Positions 1-13,993 of a stretch of DNA of 64,000 nt are shown here, one piece after another; the stretch's first letter is position 1; each line of letters begins with the position of its first letter. Under the pieces are notes generated by a model. The model did not search any database. It was not told the DNA's origin and worked only from the letters and a program-made list of their open reading frames with translations. A program made the position numbers and the translations under genes. The stretch is taken from NCBI RefSeq assembly GCF_009914755.1, contig NC_060925.1; one strand, given 5' to 3'. The stretch is from the human T2T-CHM13v2.0 reference genome, Homo sapiens.

Positions 1-614
1 GCATCCCTTAATTTGGTTTCAAGACTTAATATTTTTGAATCATACAAATGAGAATGACTCAGACCTATGGAAATGTGATGGTTGATTTGTTTTTATTTGC
101 ACTATTAGAAGAATATTAAAATATATAAGCAGATTATATGAGAAACTGAAAATATTGATTTCTCTAAAGTATGAGACTTTTATATGTTTTTAATGCTAAA
201 CTTTTCCTTAAATTTTGAGACTTCTGTGCTAGTGCTATTATTGTTTAGAATTCATATATTAAAATAATAGATATTCAGAAATATTAACCTTTAAAAATAT
301 TTTATTTAATGTCAACAATTGTATAAATTTTTGGTTTGAAAATTAGTCTTTACAGAAAAATAAATAGAGCTTGAATAACATTTGAAGATACATGTATTTG
401 CACTAAAGTATTTTGCATTAATTTATGAAAGAATACTTTGGTGGTACATTTATGATGTAGTATACGCACTGGAATTAAGAAAGATAAATATATTTTGATT
501 ATAGGTTGACTTCCTTTAACCTTGCCCTTCTCATAAGAATGGGCATCATTAATTTTAAATATGTTCTACACTTACCAGGTAGGTTAGACTTTATCAAATG
601 TAGTAATTGTGCTA

Positions 615-1100
615 ATTTAAGTTGCAAGTAAAAGAAAACCTAGCTTAAATTTGCCAGCCAATAAACATGATTTTATTATTATTAACAAAAGTCAAAGAAT
701 AGGCTTCAGAACTAGTTTTTTTCAATGTGTTAATAAGATCATAAGGCACATTAAGTTTGTTTCCATTAAGTCACACTAATTTTCTTCTTTTCAGATCAAT
801 TCCCTTGCAAAGTTATCAAGGTGCTGGCAACAATGCATTAGGTATCCACTTTCTAGTCTACATACAAGGGGAGGAAGGAAAGGTCAGTGAAGGAGGAGAG
901 CTTGAAGCTCTCTCAAAACGTCAGTACAATCTACTTTCCCATAATCTTCATGCATTTCTTGGTCCAGATTAGTTCATGTTTCTATTTCTGAACATGGGGA
1001 TTGATAATGATGATATTTATAGGGCTGAGCTCCCATTGCACTCTATTATCCAATATAGTGTTATTTCTCACTCTTCTGTAGGAAGAGTATTAGACACCCA
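615..1100 (-). mobile_element. Degraded MLT1 (MLT1J/K-like) MaLR LTR fragment
   Basis: 'aagttgcaagtaaaagaaaacctagcttaaat...aaaagtc...aggcttcag' resembles the old MLT1 terminus; heavily diverged and boundaries approximate. Confidence 0.4.
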
Positions 1101-1774
1101 GATGAAAAAAAAAAAGGGGGTAAATCATCCAGTAAATGGGCAATGGATTTGAGAGAGGCATTTTAAATATCTACTAAATTAGAGGTATGATACAAATTGA
1201 AAGTGTTGCAAATCAAAATATTTATGTTTAGTTTAAATTGTATTCAAGAGATGTGTCCTAGGCAAACCATCATTTTTTGATTAAAGTTTTACTAGGTTGC
1301 TGTCATGGGGTGGATAGGAAATATTTGTACATAGGAATAGATTTTGTTCTCAGTTTTCAAAAGAGAAGTGTTTCAGTCTTTTTTTTTGAAATTGTCAAGC
1401 AAATTAACCGTGAATAAAAATAAAAAGAATGCTAATTTTGGCTTTCTCCAAGAAAATCCAAACACAGAACCAACAAAAGCAAGAACACAAAAAAAGGTCC
1501 ACAAAAAAAGATCTGATGTATAGTGTAGTAGGTCTAGAACCATACAAAAATATGCTCTCAGCTTCACTCAGACATTGATCATCTGTTGTGACATTTGGGC
1601 AAAACTTGAAGCTATATATAGATTAAAAGGACATAATCCATTTTATCTGGCTTCAGTTTCATGAGAAAAGCAAAAAGAATTAATTTCTATAATTTCTATA
1701 TACTCCACACAGAATTAATTATTATATAGAGAGATTTATTGATTTATTTGTTTATATTTTAATCTGATTTAATT

Positions 1775-2462
1775 TTATCACAAATGCATATAACATTAAT
1801 TTAGCCTCTTAGCCATTTTAAGTATACAGTTCAGTAGTTAGTATATTCACATTGTAGTGAATCCAATTTCCATAAGTTTTTTATCTTGCAGAAGTGAAAC
1901 TATATACCCATTGAACAACTCCCCAGTTCCCCCTCCTCCATACCCTGGCAACCATCATTCCACTTTCTGCTTCTATGAATTTGCCTACTTTAGATACTAC
2001 ATATAAATAGAATCATACAGTATTTGTCCTTTAATGACTGGCTTATTTTACTTAGCATAATGTACTCAAGGTTCACTTATGTTATAGCATGCATCAGAAT
2101 TCCTTCCTTTTTAAGGTTAAATAATATTCCATTTTAAACAAAAATATATATCACATTTTGTTTACATTATCATTCTTTGATGGACAATTGGGTTGCTTCC
2201 AGTCTTGGGCTATTGTGAATAACATTGCTTTAAATATTGGTGTGAAAATATTTCTGTTAGACCCTACTCTCAGTTTTACTCATTATATATCCAGAAGTGA
2301 AATTGCTGGATTATATGGTAATTTTATTTTTAATTTTTCAAGAACTATCCTACTGTTTTTTATAGCATCTGAACCATTCTACATTTCTACCAATAGTGTA
2401 CAAGGATTTCAATTTCTCCACATCCTCGCTAACCCTTCTTATTTTGTTTCTATTTTTTAATA
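1775..2462 (-). mobile_element. L1MB-type LINE-1 3' end
   Basis: 'ccattttaagtatacagttcagtag', 'ccctggcaaccatcattccactttctg', 'tggcttattttacttagcataatg' and 'ccacatcctcgctaac' are typical antisense L1MB 3'UTR/ORF2-end motifs. Confidence 0.85.
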
Positions 2463-3800
2463 GTATGCAGTTATTCTTTATTTTAATCACTAGATTTTCT
2501 TCTTCCGTGTTTGGGTTTTATAAGAATATCAATTCTATTTTCTCCTATTATTCTTTTCTTAATATTATATATAATTATTTCATCAAATATTTAATATGAT
2601 TTTACTATTACTGTTTTTATTTCAATACTTTATAGTAAAGGCCATTGAAAATATATAAATGATGTATTTTGCTTTGACTCCTTTGTAAATGGCTATAAAT
2701 CAAAATTATGTTTTCTATACCCTACTTTCTGCAAAGTACTCCATGGTGTTCAAAGTAGACTTTGATAATACCATGATAAGCTTTTCTACTTGTGATTTCT
2801 ATAATATACCTAATCAAATTTGCAGCAAGACAGTTTAATTCCTTCATTCAAATGGTGCTGCCTTTAGTTAGGCCATTAATTCACTTTCCTTGCTACTTTC
2901 CTGAAACATTTTTGGTTCACTTATTCAATTCAAATAAATATGTCATTTTTTCAGTATTCTACTGCATTCCAGATGTCATGAAAACTATGCAAGAGGTCAA
3001 AACATAACACTAGTTCTTTTCTGGAGAAACTCATACTACTTTATTAAAGATAAGTCACGAAAACATAAGCAAAATACAATCTTTTAACTTAGATAAATGC
3101 TTATTTATTGCTTTTCTCAAATGTTCAGCCTTTCTTCTGTTTAGCATTTTAGTTTTTAACCTTGTCTTTGGATTTCTATGTTATATGTGCTTAAGAATAT
3201 ATTTTTATTTTGATTTCATTTCTTATATATTTGACATTCTTATCTGGCAGGCTTCCTATGTTATTTAGTACTGTATAAGTCTTTTTTTAGAATTTATATT
3301 TTACTATGTGTGACATCTTCATGATTAGTTGCTAATTTCTGTCGTGATTTTTAAAATAAAAACTGATTATAGCTAAATTTTAAAAATATTTTCTCAGTTC
3401 CTTTTCTCATTCTTCTTTAAATCTCTATGTATTCTATTTATGTTCTGATTCTTATTTTCTAAGCTTCAATAATAACTTTATATCACCCTTTAGATTATCA
3501 GTGGTACAAATATTCTTTAAATTGTATATAACCTTTATGTACATTTAGTATTTTCTGAATAATTGTATTTTATTAGAAGTTTGAGTATAAATATAAAGTA
3601 TCTTTATCAGCCCAAGACATTTAATAAAAAGAAATAAAGTTAATATAATTAGAATAGATCAGTAGATTAAATGCATAAAGTATCCACCCATAAATGATCA
3701 TACCTCTTACTTTGCCACAAAAAACATGGCTTATGTAAAGCCTAGTATTTTATTTCTGTCCTATCTGCATATGATGAAAAGATTTTACAAGCATTATGCC

Positions 3801-4233
3801 TGCGATAATTAATTTTAATGTATCTACATGACTAGGCCCAACACCCAGATGTTTGGTCAAACATTATTCTGTATTTTTTCCGTGAATGTGTTTTTTGGAT
3901 GAAATTTACATTTAAAATCGGTAGACTTTGTGTAAAGTAGATTACCTTTCATGATGTGGGTGGGCCTTATCCAATCAGTTGAAGGCCTTGATAGAGCAAA
4001 GATGGTTCTCTCCCCAGCAAGAAGGAATTCTGTCAGCAGACTACTTTTGGACTTAAACAGCAACTCTTTCCTGGGTCTTCAGTCTGCTAGCCTACCCTGC
4101 ACACCTCTGGAATTTTAAGCAATTGGCTTGCAGAATTGTGTGTATCTATCTCTATCTATTTCTATACCTATATCTGTACCTATTATATATTTATATGACT
4201 GTTCTGTTTCTCTAGGGAACTCTGACTACTATA
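3801..4233 (+). mobile_element. MLT2 (MLT2C/D-like) ERVL solo LTR
   Basis: Starts 'tgcgataattaattttaatgt', contains 'tggtcaaacattattctg' and 'gtgggtgggccttatccaatcagttgaaggcc', ends 'tctagggaactctgactactata'. Confidence 0.85.
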
Positions 4234-4237
4234 CGCC

Positions 4238-4911
<674 letters not shown>

Positions 4912-5264
4912 ATGCACTTGAAGGTAATTCTTCATTGAGCATTTCTTTTTGCTGGACAAGATTGTGTTGCACAAAAATACTTGCATTACTTTTCTTAAAA
5001 TTATGCCTTTATTTTTTCCTAAAATGACATCAATAACTTATCTTTCTAGTATCAGTGTATTTGTCTGTGATAAGGATGAAAAAATCATATATACAATTTA
5101 ATAAACATTGAGGGAGCAGTGGTGATCAAAATGCAGGTGTATGAAAGAACTATATACTGCTACCTCATCAATCTACAATGGCACCATTTTCCTTTTACCT
5201 CAACTTTTAGAAACTTTTTTCCAGTTTTGCAATTGCAAATTAGATTCCAAAACTTATCTCAGAA

Positions 5265-5470
5265 ACATACACATATGTGGGTGAATATATACACACATAT
5301 GTTTGTATGTGTGTATATATATGTGTATATATACACACACATATATATATACACACACACATACATGGAGGTGGCTTTCCCCATACTGTTCTCATGGTGT
5401 ATATATATTATATTATATATATATTATATATATGTTACATATATATTTTATATATAATTTATATATATAA
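5265..5470. repeat. Compound (TA)n/(CA)n/(TG)n microsatellite at the tail of an Alu monomer
   Basis: Dinucleotide tracts seen directly; interrupted by a 35-bp non-repetitive insert at 5364-5398. Confidence 0.9.
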
Positions 5471-5541
5471 ACAAGGTCTCATTCTGTCACCCAGGCTGGA
5501 GTCCAGTGGCACAATGAGAGCACACTGCAACCATGAACTCT
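5471..5541 (-). mobile_element. AluJ/FLAM-type fragment
   Basis: 'aaggtctcattctgtcacccaggctggagtccagtggcacaat'. Confidence 0.85.
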
Positions 5542-6741
5542 TCCCAGAAATCTTAATGCTCTCAAGTAGCAACAACTTGATTGCCAAAGAGATGTGTTGT
5601 CTTGCTTAATCAAATGATTCTGTGAAACCACATAAGGACCATCTTCACTTTACACGGTTAACCTGAATTGTCAACTAAATAGAATTTTCTCATCTGATGT
5701 AGTTATTGATCTAGCTATTTCCCTGTATTCTTGTTCTGGAGACATTTAATATGGTCTTAAGTGAAGATAAGTTACTTCAAATAAATAGAAAAATGGAATC
5801 AGAGTCTAAGTTCTATAGTATTTTTAATTATCCAATAGTGCATGCTTACAGACAATATTAATTTGATTTTTGAAACATAATTCTACTAAATCTATTTTAG
5901 TAGATAATGAGAACTATAAGCTCTCATCATTACATGTGTATTACTACACTGCTTTATATTTTAAGTAGCTCTGTGTCATTACACAACTGAATATATGATA
6001 GATTAAAACTGAGACAGTATTGAAAGAAATTTGAAAATCCTAATTTCACTCATCTTAAGACTGCAACATAGGAAAAGTTAATTTAGAAACACCTTAGGGT
6101 AATTTGAAAAAGGTCATACAAAGACTCATTATTAAAAAACGCTCTTCAAAAATTCCTTTGTCATTTGGCGATGATGCTTTGATGATCAATGTTTTAAAAA
6201 TAAATAAGAGAAAATAGACTATATATAGAAGTATTTAACAGTTATTTAAACTCTGTATCTATAATTTAAAATATTGTTTCATGTTGTTATTCAGAACAGT
6301 ATATTGAAAACAGAGACAACAGATTTAAAATGTTTGCATGACTGCCTTGCATAATTATTTAACTTTCATAGGTATGAGTACCATGATAGTCATAAATGCT
6401 AGATAAAGAAATGGTATTCAAACCCTAGAAATACAAGAAGACGTAGCATAATTTCCTAATAGGCAGGTGGGTGAAATATAGTGTATGTTTTTAAGGTTTA
6501 TTTGGAAACGACCTATTATTAAATTCATTATTTCAAGATTCCAGTAAATTTATTGAGCTACTAAGCCAAAGCCACATGACTTAAAATGGTGACTTGGTGC
6601 TGTATCCTCACAATATTAAGAACCAATTGATTTTACCCACTGAGTATCAGATGTTCTTGGCTATGCTAACAGGAAACTACTTACTCTGATTCTCAATGAG
6701 CCATGCAGGTTCTTAGGCCACATGTTTCACCTATATACTCT

Positions 6742-6900
6742 GTATACACACACACTATATATATACATATATATGTATAATATTATATATGTATATTATA
6801 TATGTATATATGTATTATATACGTATATTATATATGTATATATGTATATAATATTATATATAAATATATATATATAGAGAGAGAGAGAGGGAGAGAGAGG
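6742..6900. repeat. (TA)n-rich plus (GA)n microsatellite
   Basis: Seen directly. Confidence 0.9.
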
Positions 6901-7094
6901 GACTTTCCCAAAAATTTGTCATTTTTCTCTCTAAATATAATCGAATTGCACAGCATGCATTTCAAAGTACTAGTACAAATTCAGTTCCTAATTGAAACCC
7001 ACATATCCAACTTAACATATTTTTCTGGCTTGAATTATCATCATTATCAGGTTTATTATCATGATTTCCTACTAATAAAAAGGAATGTGTAGAG

Positions 7095-7292
7095 AATATG
7101 CATGATGTTCCAGGCACTATACAAGGTAATTTTCATGAATCTATTTATTAAATGCTCACAGCATACCCAATATGTACTCACTGAGGCAAGCGGAGGTTAG
7201 GTAGATCACCCAAAGGTTTATATCTAGAAGTAACAGCCAAGAATTTGCACCCAGCCTCTCTGATTCCAAAGTCTGCATTCTTAATCATTGCA
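7095..7292 (-). mobile_element. MIR SINE
   Basis: 'ccaggcact', 'actgaggc...aggttag' and 'gaatttgcacccagcctctctgattccaaagtc' match antisense MIR. Confidence 0.7.
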
Positions 7293-7304
7293 TAACTCTA
7301 TGTC

Positions 7305-9445
7305 TTACATGCAATCTCAACAGTATGAGAATGAAATTTCTCTTTGCTGCTCTAAATTTACTCCTCCTCCTAGTTTACCTGTGTAAATAGTTAATACTGA
7401 ATGTCAACTTGATGACTTGCAAGGATGCAGAGTATTGTTTCCTGGGTGTGTCTCTGAGAGTGTTGCCAAAGGAGATTAACATTTCAGTCAGTGGACTGGG
7501 AGAGGCAGACCCACCCTCAATCCGGGTGGGCACCATCTAATCAGCTGCCAGTGCAGCTAGAATAAAAAGCAGACAGAAGAACGTGGAGAGATTAGACTGG
7601 CTTAGCCTCTGAGGTTGTATCTTCCTCCCCTGCTGTATGTTTCCTGCCCTCAAACATCACACTCCACGTTCTTCAGCTTTAGGACTTGGACTGGCTTCCT
7701 TGCTCCTCAGCTTGTAGACGGCCTATTGTGGGACCATGTGACTGTGTGAGTTAATACTCTTTAATAAAGTCCCCTTTATATATACATCTATCATATTAGC
7801 TCTGTCCCTCTAGAGAACCCTAATACAACCTGTGTACCAAATAGCAATGCCAGTGTCTTCCTAGTTTGTGTTCTCATTTCTCACCTAGATTATTCTAATC
7901 ACCATTGAACTGTTGTTTCTCTTCAATCTATCCTCCACACACATGCAAAATTTGCCAAATTTAGTGATTTCAAAGTGAAACATAATCTTTCATTTGTACT
8001 GCTTGAAATCTATCAATCCTTAAGAGATATATTTAGAGTCCTTAGCATGATATCAATGTAGTCATTACTAGGTGGCCAATGATAATTCTCCAGTGTAATT
8101 TCTTATATCTTTATTGGCAATCATTGATAATATGTGTACAATGCATGGAGCTACTTGCTGTCTACTAAGTATGCTGGAAAAACGAAAATCACACAAAATA
8201 GTAAAAAACAAACAAAATATGTCAACACAACAACAAACAAAAAGATGCTACTAGATGTCATGAAAACCAGGCATGTAAGAATTACAGGGAGGCCAATGCC
8301 AATGATCTCAGCTGCCCATTGCATTAAAATAAGTGATTCACAGGTCTTCACCCAGAGCACCTGCAGACCTTATGTGTTATATTTACCCACAATGCCCTTA
8401 CTGGTGTGGAAGAGAAATAATGATGGATGAATCTTGCTTTTTTGCCTTCCAAGTCTTGTATGAATGGGTATTATTGGTAAAATCTCCCAGACAGCAACGC
8501 AACTGACAATGGAACCTTGACAATGCAATTACCTGGCATTTAGTCCTCCTCCAGAGTGGAAAGCTTATTAGTCTAGGGATGGTGCTGAGTATCATCATAT
8601 CTTAGATTCAAAATATATACAGAATCCAAACTTTTCACCTCTCCCTGATATTTACCTGGCTGGAACTAGCATAGTCTTTGACTAAATTGTAGCAATTGCC
8701 TCCAGTTTACCCTATTGTGTCTGTTTTTGCCTTCTAATGCTTACCTTCAGTTCAGCAGGCCGAATATTTCTTTAAAGATATATATCAAATTATATCATTC
8801 CTCTGCTATGTCCTATATCCTATATATCCTATATATATCCTATATCCTTCCAATAGCTCTTAGTAATACTAGAAAATCGGAATCCTTAAAATGACCTGCA
8901 AAGTCCATTATGATTCAGCTCCCAGCAGCTTTCTATCTTTTTTATCCTACTGCTTTTCCTCTTCGTTTGCTCAGCTGAAGTTATACTGGCCTTCTTGAAG
9001 TTTGCTTAATAGTCCTGGCACTTTTCAGCTATAGAAATTTTGTACTCAGTCCTCCTTCCCCTGTAACAGTCTCTTGTAGGTATTCTTACAACTGACTCCC
9101 TCATATAGTTTACATCTTTTCTCAAATGTTAACTTCACAGTGAAAGCTTTCCTTAATATCCTATTTTAAAAGCACCATGTTCCTCAACTCAACTAGAGCT
9201 TCTATCTCCCTCCATGATTTGTTTCCCTCCATAGTACATAGGACCTTCTAATAAATTATACAACTTATTTTACTTTATCTCTTTGTCTCTTTTTATTGGT
9301 TTTTGGCTCTCTATTGTGTCTCTCACATCAAACAAATTTCAAACAAATATTTTTACTGATTTTTCTCAAGTCCATAATTTCAGCAAAAAGAACAGACCTT
9401 AATTCAGAGTAGGAACACAATAAATATAACTAAGATGAATAAAAG
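7305..9445 (+). mobile_element. L2 LINE fragments (discontinuous, split by MLT2A and non-L2 sequence)
   Basis: 'tctcaacag...ctcctcctcctag', 'cacctagattattctaat', 'ctcaaatgttaacttcacagtgaaagctttcct' and an L2-like tail 'caataaatat...gatgaataaaaggaatg'. Confidence 0.55.
7382..7827 (+). mobile_element. MLT2A (HERV-L) solo LTR
   Basis: TG...CA ends, 'ttaatactgaatgtcaacttga', 'gcagacccaccctcaatccgggtgggcaccatctaatcagctgccag'; perfect 5-bp TSD acctg (7377-7381 / 7828-7832). Confidence 0.93.
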
Positions 9446-9791
9446 GAATGGAGGAATGGGTGAACTGTTCTAGATTGAAGAGGCAGTATTGCACAGAAGA
9501 AACAGACCATGCACGTTAGAGAAAAAGAAGACCAGACTTGTGGAAACCCAGAAGTAGTGATTGACTGCAGATGTGAAGAGACAGAAAAGTAGGAAGAAAA
9601 GAGTGTTAACATTTAGCTACACAGTAAAGAAAAGCCTAAAATAATCAAAACATTGTGTATCAACTATAGAATCAAATCATATAAGAAATGGAGTGATGAA
9701 GGATGGATTTAATCTATGACTAGACTTCCTTAGCATATGTGAAAAGGACATCTCTTTTTTTCTATTTGTAATTTTACCTACGTTTTATTTA

Positions 9792-10097
9792 CAATAGTTC
9801 TCCCTTATCCATGGGACATACCTTCCACGACCCTCAAAGAATGCTGAAACCACAGATAATGTCAAACCCTATATATATACTGCTTTTTTCTATATATACA
9901 TACCCATAATAAAGTTAACTTATAAATTAGGCCCAATAAGAGACTGACAATAATAACTAATAATAAAATGGAAGAAAATGTAATAATATAATGTAATAAA
10001 AATTATTTAAATGCAGTCTTTCAAAATATTTTACTGTACTCTATTGTAAGTAACTGAAACTACAGAAAACAAAACTACAGATAAAAGGGAGCTACTG
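9792..10097 (-). mobile_element. MER44A-like (Tigger7 group) non-autonomous DNA transposon
   Basis: TIRs caatagttctcccttatc / gataaaagggagctactg, flanked by TA on both sides. Confidence 0.8.
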
Positions 10098-10539
10098 TAG
10101 TAAAATAAAGAGGGGATGGTTAGGGTATAGAACATGGTTACAATTATAGAAATTGGTAGTAGGGAAGGAAACATATATTTGAGTTTGTAGATCACATGGC
10201 CACCTGCTAGAAGTCATGAATGCAGGTTACAGAGGGTTCTGGTGTTTCAGGCCTTCTGCTCCACCACTAATACAACCCTAAAGAGTCCACACCAACTAAC
10301 ATTCAATCACATATGACCCAGATTGTCAGTTCTGCTGATCTTGACTTAACAACAACAGCAAATTCATATTCTTTTAAGTGTGTCTGAAACTAGCAAGCCC
10401 TAATAAATGGCGTGTACAGATGAGGGTTATGACCTCTGTAACATTTTCTCCAACCGGAACCTACTGAAATAGCACAGATGGTGACAGGTATGATTTGAAT
10501 CATGAAAACTCTTGGAAAGGTTATTGGGATAAGTGACAG

Positions 10540-10635
10540 AAGTTTCAGTCTCCTGTCATTTCCATCTCTGCATTTATTAACTGTGTGAACTTGGATGAAT
10601 TATATAATCCCTTGGGCTTCACTGTGTTTAGCTTT
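10540..10635 (+). mobile_element. MIR core fragment
   Basis: 'tttattaactgtgtgaacttggatgaattatataatcccttgggcttca'. Confidence 0.55.
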
Positions 10636-10907
10636 ATAATTAATACATCAGTTACAGTTCTATAGTCTGATTGAGAAATGACCATCTTTCCAAAGGTGCA
10701 CATTAGAACTACACATATATGATATATACATATACAACGTTTATAAATGTATAATAAATATATAATTAATAAATATATATTTAAATGTAATGATCTATCC
10801 TTTTCTCAGCCTCCACTTTCCTCTATTAATGACATAATAATTCAGATACTTTAAAATGCTGGTATAGGCAGGGTCAACTTTATATTTAAAGGAGTTTTTA
10901 AGGCTTT

Positions 10908-11372
10908 AAACCTAAATGCATATTGCTAAGTGGAAGAAGCCAGTGTGAAAAAGCTACACACTGTAAAATTCCAACTATATAACACTTTGAAAAAGGCAAA
11001 ACTATTGGAATGATAATAATATCAATGGTTTTTCAGGGGTCCAGGGAAAGAGGGAGGAATGAAACAGGTGGAGCACAGTACATTTTTAGGGCAGTGAACT
11101 GCATATGATACTTTAATTGTGGATGTGACATTACTCATTTATCAAAAGTCATAAACCAAACACAAAAAGTATTGTAAATGTAAACTATGTACTTTAATTA
11201 ATAATAATTTGTCAATATTGGTTCATCAGTTGTAGCAAATATATCACACTAATGTAAGATGTTAATGACAGCAGAAACTGTGTAGGAGGTGAGAATGCAT
11301 GAGAGAACTCTGGACTTTCCATGCAATTTATCTGTAAGCCTAAAACTGCTCTAAAAAGTAATCCATTAAAAA
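10908..11372 (+). mobile_element. L1MC-type 3' UTR
   Basis: 'aaatgcatattgctaagtggaagaagccag', 'aaaaggcaaaactat', 'gtaagcctaaaactgctctaaaaa'. Confidence 0.8.
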
Positions 11373-11737
11373 TTTTGAATGAGAATCTTCAGTGATTTCT
11401 CTCTAAATTAACAGCCTATCATCCCCCAATTACCTTGCTAATTTTAGGTCACTTATTTGTATATGATTTTAAACTTAGTCTCCTTGGCCAAATAGTCAAA
11501 TGTATGGCTTTAACTCTCTCTCTCTTCCTTTTTCTGTCCTTCACAGAAATTTAAGTCCAAGTTTAAAGAGAATATTTATATCATTCAGGTTCTAATCAGG
11601 AGACTTCCTGTTTTCTCCTAGCCCTTTGTCCTCTTCTGATATTCACTGGGAGGGAACTTGCTTCCACTGGCTCTTAATGTTTGTGCTGGAATCCACTATT
11701 GATGTTGGCTGTTTTGGCATAGCTTCCAATCAAATAT

Positions 11738-12127
11738 ATGGAGTTAGTTCATTTTATGCTACTATAATTGAATATTCATGGCTGAGTAATTTATAAGGCA
11801 GAGAGTTTTATTTCTTATGGTTCTTGAGGCTGGGAAGTCCATTACCAAGTTGCTGGTATTATGTGAGGGCCTTCTTGCTGCATCATCCCATGAAGAAGGT
11901 AGAAGGGCAAGAGAGTTTGAGAGAGCAAAAGGGGACTCAACTTGCTTTTATAACAAACCCACTCTCAATATAAGTAAAATGCTTCTGCAATAATGACACT
12001 AATCCATTTATGAAGGCAGAGCCCACATGACCTAATAACGTCTTATTTGGAGGTGATTCAACAATGTGTCATTAGGAATTAAGTATTTCACAAAATGAAT
12101 TTTGGGAGACATATTCAAACCATAGCA
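11738..12127 (-). mobile_element. MST/MLT1A-group MaLR solo LTR (MSTD-like)
   Basis: 'gaggctgggaagtcca', 'gagggccttcttgctgcatcatcccatg', ends 'acatattcaaaccatagca'. Confidence 0.8.
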
Positions 12128-13993
12128 TATGCCTTCTATTCAATCTCCTTGCCTAAATCTATGCCAATGAAAATTTACCAGCAATCCCAGCACTGATTTT
12201 CTCACTGGGTGGCTCAGGAATTATTGGCTTTGTCTCCAAAATAGGCTTCGGGATTCTCTGTGAACCTGTCTTCAGGCCACCCATGGTTCTGGGACTTGCC
12301 GAATATGGATTTCTCTGAGATTTGTATGTGCCACAGATTATATCTAGGAAAGAGATTCTTAAATCTGCAGTTTAAGGGTCTGGTAAAATTACTTGGAGTT
12401 CTATAATTTAACTTCACCATACCCCTTTAGGTTTTGAACCTAGCAAAGAGAGAATATGGAACCCTTTCTTAAAACAAACACCAGTCTCTTTTAACTTTTC
12501 TTTCCTAGACTTAAAACTCCCTTTACCATCCTCCAAAATGTTTATGCTCTTTTTATCTATCTTGTAGGAAAGCAGCAACTGTATGGATTTCTCTAACCTA
12601 ATGTTTATGGATTTATGATTATTTTACATTTCATGCTTTTTTTCCTTGATACGGGAAGTCAATGCTTCTAAAGTCCAAAAACCTTTTTTTTTTTAAAGTA
12701 TTTTGCTCTTGAAATTAAAAAGAAAAGAAGGCTTTTAAATATCTTTCTCTCTAAAAGGTATAAAAGAATAAAACAAAGAAGGGAACAAACAGAACAAAAA
12801 AGCTACTGGAGTGTGTGTGTGTTTGTGTATGTATGTGTGTTAGTACAGGCAAGTTGAAGTGAAAGGTGTGTTTATTTTTACCTTATGGTGCATACTATAT
12901 ATAGCTAGAAAATTGCAATAGGACAAAAATAAGATAGCTTAAAGTTGCAAAATAAATTTTATCTATCTGAGTGAAGGATATTAAAAATAAAACTGCTTTT
13001 TTTGTCAGTTTATAATTGTAATTTATTTTAACATAGACCAAAAGATGAATGAAATGACATTGCGTTTTGTATTTTCCTTAAAATACATTCAAATCATTAA
13101 AACTTTATCTTTTCATATTTAAATAGAAGATCTGCATTTTGGCACTGTGCAGAAAGAATCTATAGAGAGCATTCTATAGGCTTAGGACATAAATGTGGTA
13201 GAGTTTAATTTGTTCTTGTTCCACCAGCAGAATATAATTAGATATCAACAGAAAATTAGTGAAGTATAGCCATGTTTTTGAACAAGAGTTTCATTAATTC
13301 TCCTTTCTTCTTATATTTAATGTGATTTCAAATTCAAAGTAATTATATTTGGACAAGGTTCTTTGGTTAAAAGGGAAGCTGATTATAGGAAACTTAGACT
13401 CTTAGGTGCTTGAAAGCAGTACACAACTATAGCCCATCACTTTATGTGTTCCTTTTCCTCAGAAAGTCATGATGACCTACATTTAATTATGCATGCATTA
13501 CATCAATAAGGCATTCATAATATATTCATTATAAGATCCTCAAGAACTTACATATTTTTGAGAAATAAAAAATATTTTCAGTTATTTAATATGTCAGTTG
13601 ACAATGCTTTTTATACAAGTAAAAATCTCATTTTTGTTCTGAAATGGAAAACACATTTCCTTTGATAAATGTGAGTATTTTTAGAGAGGAAGTATATGAA
13701 ATATAAATAAATGAATAATAAATTACTTTTTTTTATATGAATGGACTTGTGACTGGGCCAATATATAGTTAGAAGTAGTAAGTGGGAGATGCTGACATAA
13801 TCTCATGATGAGTTTGTATGTGTTTGCTGATTGCTAAAGAAAATAGGTTGACACCAACTTAGAATAAATTGATGCCGATTTCTAGCACTTCATCAGAGGC
13901 AAGAATTTATGCAGGTGGAGCAGACGAAATCAAGGACTTTGTCAGGGCTTGGCAAGAATGGATTGGGTATGCTGGAGCTAGGTGGCTTTTAGT

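Noticed and set aside
5119-7092. Y/I-rich ORFs of 96-112 aa
   Set aside because: Read-through of (TA)n/(CA)n microsatellites.
8134-8598. Three overlapping ORFs in apparently unique sequence
   Set aside because: Short, low complexity, no recognisable domain or splice structure; consistent with chance.
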